A DNA stretch of 64,000 nt from Chrysomallon squamiferum (taxonomy: Eukaryota > Animalia > Mollusca), in assembly GCA_012295275.1 (NCBI GenBank), contig CM022672.1, positions 9,982,001 through 10,046,000 of the forward strand. The letters are read 5' to 3'. Below, piece by piece: positions 58,532-64,000 of this stretch (its first letter is position 1; the number at the start of each line of letters is the position of its first letter). Under the pieces are notes generated by a model, which was given only the letters and a program-made list of their open reading frames with translations, had not been told where the DNA came from and searched no databases. Position numbers and translations under genes: made by a program.

Positions 58532-59603
58532 CACATACACACACACACACATATATATATGTATGTATGTATGTCTGTATGTATATGTATGTGTGTAAGT
58601 GCATATATTAATCTATTTTTTCAGTAAAAAATAAAAATTATATATATATATATATAAATATAAAACTTTCATGTGTATTTCAGGGAGTAATTTTTAGCAT
58701 TGACTATTTTCAACATCGACATCTCTTATCATCTGTTTCTGACGACCGCAGCATTCGAATATGGCAGCTCCAGTTTCCATCAGATATAACAGTGCCATCT
58801 ATGAGAGACTGGCAGAGAGTCAGTTCTCTGCCCCTGACAACACTTTATGGACATTCAGCTCGGGTTTGGGACATCAGATTGTTGCAAGACTGCTTTGTTA
58901 GTATAGGAGAGGTAAGATGTTAAATAGAGTTATGTCCCTTTGTCTTTTTTTAGAGTAATGTTTTATTTTGAACAGTGAAATACAAGTCAATGAAATACAT
59001 TTTATAAGAGAAAATTATTTATAATTTTGCTTCTTCTTTTTATTTATTTAAATTTGCATATCAATGTCTCTCTAAACACTAACAGCTTAGCAGTCTGTTT
59101 GTCTTTCTGTCTATATAATTATAAAATTATGTAAAAGCTAATTTATTTAATGAAAGCTGAATGCAGATAATTTTTTATTGAGTTATATTAAAGTCTAAGC
59201 TGGAAAATAGATGATTTCTTTTCAGTCTGTTTAACAGGAACATAATATTTATTATGTTTAGACAATAGAGCATAATAAAATTTTGAACAAAATGTATCTT
59301 TTTTTTTTTTTTAATTTCATTTTGTTTGATATTTTCATTGGAAAATGAAAGAAGAGTAAAAACATTAATTATATATATAATGTTTAATTTGTTCTGTTTA
59401 AGGATGCAACTTGCTGTGTTTGGAATTACCAGTGGCAGATAACCAAAAAGTTGAAAGGACATAAGGTTTGATCTTTTTTTTGTATTTAAGAACACATCAA
59501 AATTATATATATATTTGTTTTAGAAATACAAAAATAATAAATAATAATAATGAAAAATAATAATATAAATAAAATAATGATTACTATTATAGTAAATTAT
59601 TAT

Positions 59604-59699
<96 letters not shown>

Positions 59700-62600
59700 G
59701 GTTATTTATTTATTTATTTATTTTACATATCCCTTTCATAACATTATGTTATAAAAATATTGTTGAATAAGAACAAAACACTTGGAAATCTGCTTTCTTT
59801 TTTATTAATGTGTTTAATGTTTTTAAAATAATATTCTGTTTTCAGGGTAAAAGTATATGGAGTATGGCTACTAGTGAAGATGGCAAATTTGTGGTGTGTA
59901 GCATTGTTTGTTGTTGTTTTGTATTTTTAATTTACTATTTTATGATCATCATCATTTTTAAATCCAGCTTTTTTTAATTATTATATTTGTATATGCATCT
60001 TTCATTGTTTATTTACAAAATCTAAAATCACTTCTTATTTATTATTTTTAAATTTCTGATACAATTTGATGAAATGGTTTTATGTTTTTGCAGGTTACTG
60101 GTGGTGGTGATTGGAGTATAAGACTGTGGAACTTAGAAACAACACAGTCAAAAACACCAATGTCCAGTCTGATAATTCCAGAAAACATTAAGGTATTTAA
60201 TTTTTTGAAAATTATTTTTCTTTAAATTTATCACTGAAATTTCATTCAGTAATAAAGAATTCACCCATCTATCTGGACATTCTGATCCTTGAAATTTTGC
60301 CTAACAGACAGTAACTGTTATGATTAAGGCATGTTCAGTTTTAATTAAAGCTTGTAAACTTGATCAGTATTGATCACTAAAGAAAAAATAACAGATTATT
60401 GAAAATTGTTTTTTTAATAATAGTTCATTTATAAATAATAACCTGTTTGTTTTTTTTTTTTTTTTGTTTTCCAGGAAGTGCAGATGATCATCCAAGAATT
60501 GTAGCTTTACTAAATTTCAATGTTGTTGTTGTTATAACAATGGAAGGGTAAACATTTTGCAATTTCCATTCTTTTCAATAATTTAATGCAATAAAAATTA
60601 AATTTTTGTGTTTTTTTCAATGTTGGTTGGTTGGTTGATTACCAATTGCCTACCTAAGATATTAATAATAATTTATCTGCTTTGTTTTTGGGTGACTTGA
60701 ATCACTGAAGAATTGTTTTAAATACACAGTTATTATAATAAACTCTTTTGCTTTCTTGTTCTCTTGTGTTTTATAAAAGTGTATTAAATTTTTTTACTCT
60801 AACTTTTTCTAGAGTTTTATGAATATGTATTTAAACAAAAATTTATCACATTTTTTTCTGGTGTTTTACAAATGTCAAAAATTTTTTCTTTTTTTTTTCT
60901 ATAGTTTTATTAGTATGTATTAAAATTCTTTATTTTTATTTCAGAATTATGTACAGCTACTTTATCAGGGAGAAAACATGGCAGCTAGTGTTTCATGATG
61001 AAGATTTCAGATCATACAGTCTTCTTGCAGTTTCTCCACAAAGAACAACCATTGCTCTTGGCAGCATAACAGGAATGCTGAAAATACTGAGTATTAAACA
61101 TTTCAGAAATTATTATTATTATTTCCTTTTATAATAAGAAAAAAGTATGAAGTAGTTTGTTTAGTGACACAGTTGATATATTTTTTAACTGCAGTTAAAT
61201 AGAGTTGATATTGTTAAAGCTCATGCAGATAACTGTAGAAAAATTTCCATGCTGACACAAAAAAATGATGAATGTTTTGCTATTAGCAGCAAAAGATCTT
61301 CTAAATTCATTTTCTCACAGTCAGTGGAACATTTGACAAATTAAATAATTTGAATATGATGTTCAAGATGGATAGATCCTTTGATTTGTTATGTCTCAAA
61401 TCTCTGAACTATAGATTATTCCTTTTTACTGAATAGTTGTTATTGTTATTGTATTTGTTGTTGTTATTGCTAATGCTATTGATACTGTCATCATCATCAT
61501 CATACTCATTACTATCATTATCATGTTATCATTATTATTAATATTATTTATTATTATTATTACTGTTGTTATTATTATTATCATTATTACTATTATTATC
61601 ATCATAATCATCATTATTGTTTTTACTTTTATTATTTGAATAATTATTATTGTTGTTGTCGTTATTAAAACACTCAAAATTTAAAGGCACATTTGAAACA
61701 TGAAATTAAGAAAAAAATATATTTTTACCTGTTCCAACAGGTACAAATGATAAAACTGTAATATTTATTTATTTTTGTTTGAATTTGTTTTACAGCATGG
61801 GATTCAAAATCTGACCAAACTCTGATGACATCTTATCAAGAGAAAATCTTCCAAGGAAAGATATTTGGGTTGTGCTGGTTGGATGAAAATCATCTGCTGA
61901 TAACAGGGCCTGATGGTGTTATGGTAAATTTACATATTTTCAAAAAAAAAAATTTGCAACTCAGACATATAATATTTTATTTTATAATTAATTATTATAT
62001 AATAATTATATCTTAATTTGTTTTGTAATATTGTTTAGATTGAAAAGTTAACAGAAATTTATTTTTGTTTTGTTGTGCATTTTTACCTTTATTTCTTTGT
62101 AAATAGATTCATATTGGAGAAAATCACAAACTATTTTTATTTATTTTTAAAATTTTAAATGTCTTGTATTATTAAATAAAATAAATCAATTAATGTTATA
62201 GATTCTTCAAAAACTCTCATGCTTGATTTTTTCAAAAAAACACAGACACACACACACACACACATACATACATACACTGAGTTGTATGAATTATTATCAT
62301 AAACAGGCATATCCACAGTTTATCTTGACAAATCCATCATAAATACTCTAACCAATGAAATTACAGAAGACAATGAGAATGCACCAATCAGGTGATGTGT
62401 TACTGAAGCTGGACCTGCTGGCTGAGTTATTTCTGCCACACTGTAAGCAGCGATGGGCATCAGCAGCTTTAATCAGCCTGTCTGAGAGGTTCATTGTGTG
62501 CGGTGACAGAAGTGGAACAGTTCACTTTTACAGTTTGAAACAACTGGAACAGGTAACTGTCAATATCAAATGTAAAATGAACCAAAAGGAAAAATATCTG

Positions 62601-63444
62601 GAAATGTCACCAAAGTGTAAAGGTGTCCAAAAAAGAAAAAAAAGAAAATTATTAACATAAGTCCATACTTGAGAATAAATTATATTTTTTTATGAAATCT
62701 GAAATACAACACAATAAATACATTTTTGATAAATTATATTTTTTTCCAATTCTAACCAGAATGAATAAGCTATTTGTTAATTAAATAAGTTCAATATTTG
62801 AGTACAGATTGTATTGACATGAATCAGTCTGCAGTGTAGTGAAATTAATATGGGCCTATTTTTGTTAAATTGTATTTTTTCCCATTCTAACAAGAATTAA
62901 CAATAAATTATGTAATGTCTTAATCCAGTGTCAGTGATCAGAAATATAAGTCAGAATTAAGCACAGTTTTAGTTAATATTTATTTGTTGTTTATATAAAT
63001 ATACATATATGAGGTTTGATCTTAAGTATATATTTTTTTGGCTCAAAAAAGATTTTAATAAAAACAGAGACAACATTTAAACATTTAGGACTAATGCTGC
63101 TCTATGCTTCAATATTTAGAATTTGCATAGGATGTTCATAATTTGATAACTCTAATCAATTAAGTAAATCTTCAAAAATAAGTTTTTAAAAATCTGTTTA
63201 TAGCTTGAGTGGCAGACATATTTGGTTTTGGTTTTGAAGTGTATTTGTGTAAGTCATTTCATCTCTTCATTTTTCTCAGAGATCAGCTAGGCTGCCTACT
63301 CAAAGTTTTCCCAAAATCCATGGCAAGTCTGGTGTTACTGAAGTATGTTGCCATGGTAACAACATTTTGACAGCTGGGCGAGACGGCCATTACCGAATGT
63401 GGAGGGTGAATTCTGGGAATCTTGAATTACTTAACAGCAATAAG
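55134..63444 (+). CDS. WDR6: WD repeat protein 6 (Trm734 homolog, tRNA 2'-O-methylation cofactor), 5' part; continues beyond the right edge
   Basis: Exons 55134-55236, 56000-56098, 56510-56591, 56708-56774, 57210-57322, 58069-58216, 58684-58911, 59403-59465, 59846-59893, 60094-60192, 60475-60547, 60945-61090, 61796-61923, 62367-62552, 63280-63444. Motifs DWIWDIQWL, ALGHNVV, CILYSA, AAGTVFNQVVIW, LSGHDGVIFSI, SVSDDRSIRIW, LYGHSARVWD, VSIGEDATCCVW, GHKGKSIW, VTGGGDWSIRLW, KQRWAS, CGDRSG, IHGKSGVT. There is one phase conflict at 60192/60475. Confidence 0.9.
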
Positions 63445-64000
63445 GTTATTACTGAATAATAATATGGATTCTCAAAAGATAAACTTTAAACATTTATTTA
63501 TAATAACCTTAACATCTTCAATCTTCAGTTTTTAAAAAACAAAAATAATTAGTACATTTTGTTTTTATTATTTAAAATTGAATATTAGTAATAATGGCAT
63601 AAACCCCAAAACCATTTGATCATCTTTCTGCAGAAATACTAACATGTACTGATATTTTGTTTCTTTATTTGTTTGTTTTAAACTGCAAGGGTTTCATGTT
63701 TTCTAAATAATAAATGTTATCAATTTATATTTATACAATTTTTTATTTTTGTTTGTAATTGTTTTTATTATTGTTGTTGTTGGTGTACTAATTCTATATA
63801 TAATTAAAAAATAAAATAAAGGTAAAAACAAATTTAGAGAAACCCCCCCTCCCCAAAACCCACCAGCAACATTGCTGTGTATTTGATGTTTACCTCAATT
63901 TTAAATAATTATTTGATTAATTAAAACAAATGCAGTAATTCTATAGCTAATTAAATAAAAACAAACACACACAAAACCCCTCAGAAAACTCCAAAACCTG

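Overview
AT-rich, microsatellite-dense animal genomic DNA. It is probably molluscan or lophotrochozoan, which is an inference from repeat style and protein similarity. All genes are intron-rich, so most of the supplied ORF track is noise. Manual splicing gives eight genes. Two head-to-head housekeeping pairs bracket the window: GOLGA2/GM130 (minus strand, runs off the left edge) with DNTTIP2/Fcf2 (+), and HSD17B8 (-) with WDR6 (+, runs off the right edge). Between them (20.0-44.1 kb) sits a tandem array of four divergent secreted proteins with one shared six-exon plan: signal peptide, an invariant C-x18-C-x-C module, a coiled coil, a four-cysteine linker, and a C-type lectin domain with an atypical EPD-x2-QNC / W[F/S/D]D site. 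They form an acidic pair and a basic pair, and one has a Gln/Pro-rich extension. This tetranectin/collectin-like cluster, possibly hetero-oligomeric, is the best candidate for an undescribed system. Other signals are a U12-like intron in WDR6, a candidate 12-nt microexon in GOLGA2, an in-frame duplicated exon end and a two-hairpin structured RNA candidate in DNTTIP2 introns, Tigger/pogo elements, tRNA-derived SINEs, and a visible CpG-rich versus CpG-poor domain structure. No database searches were run.
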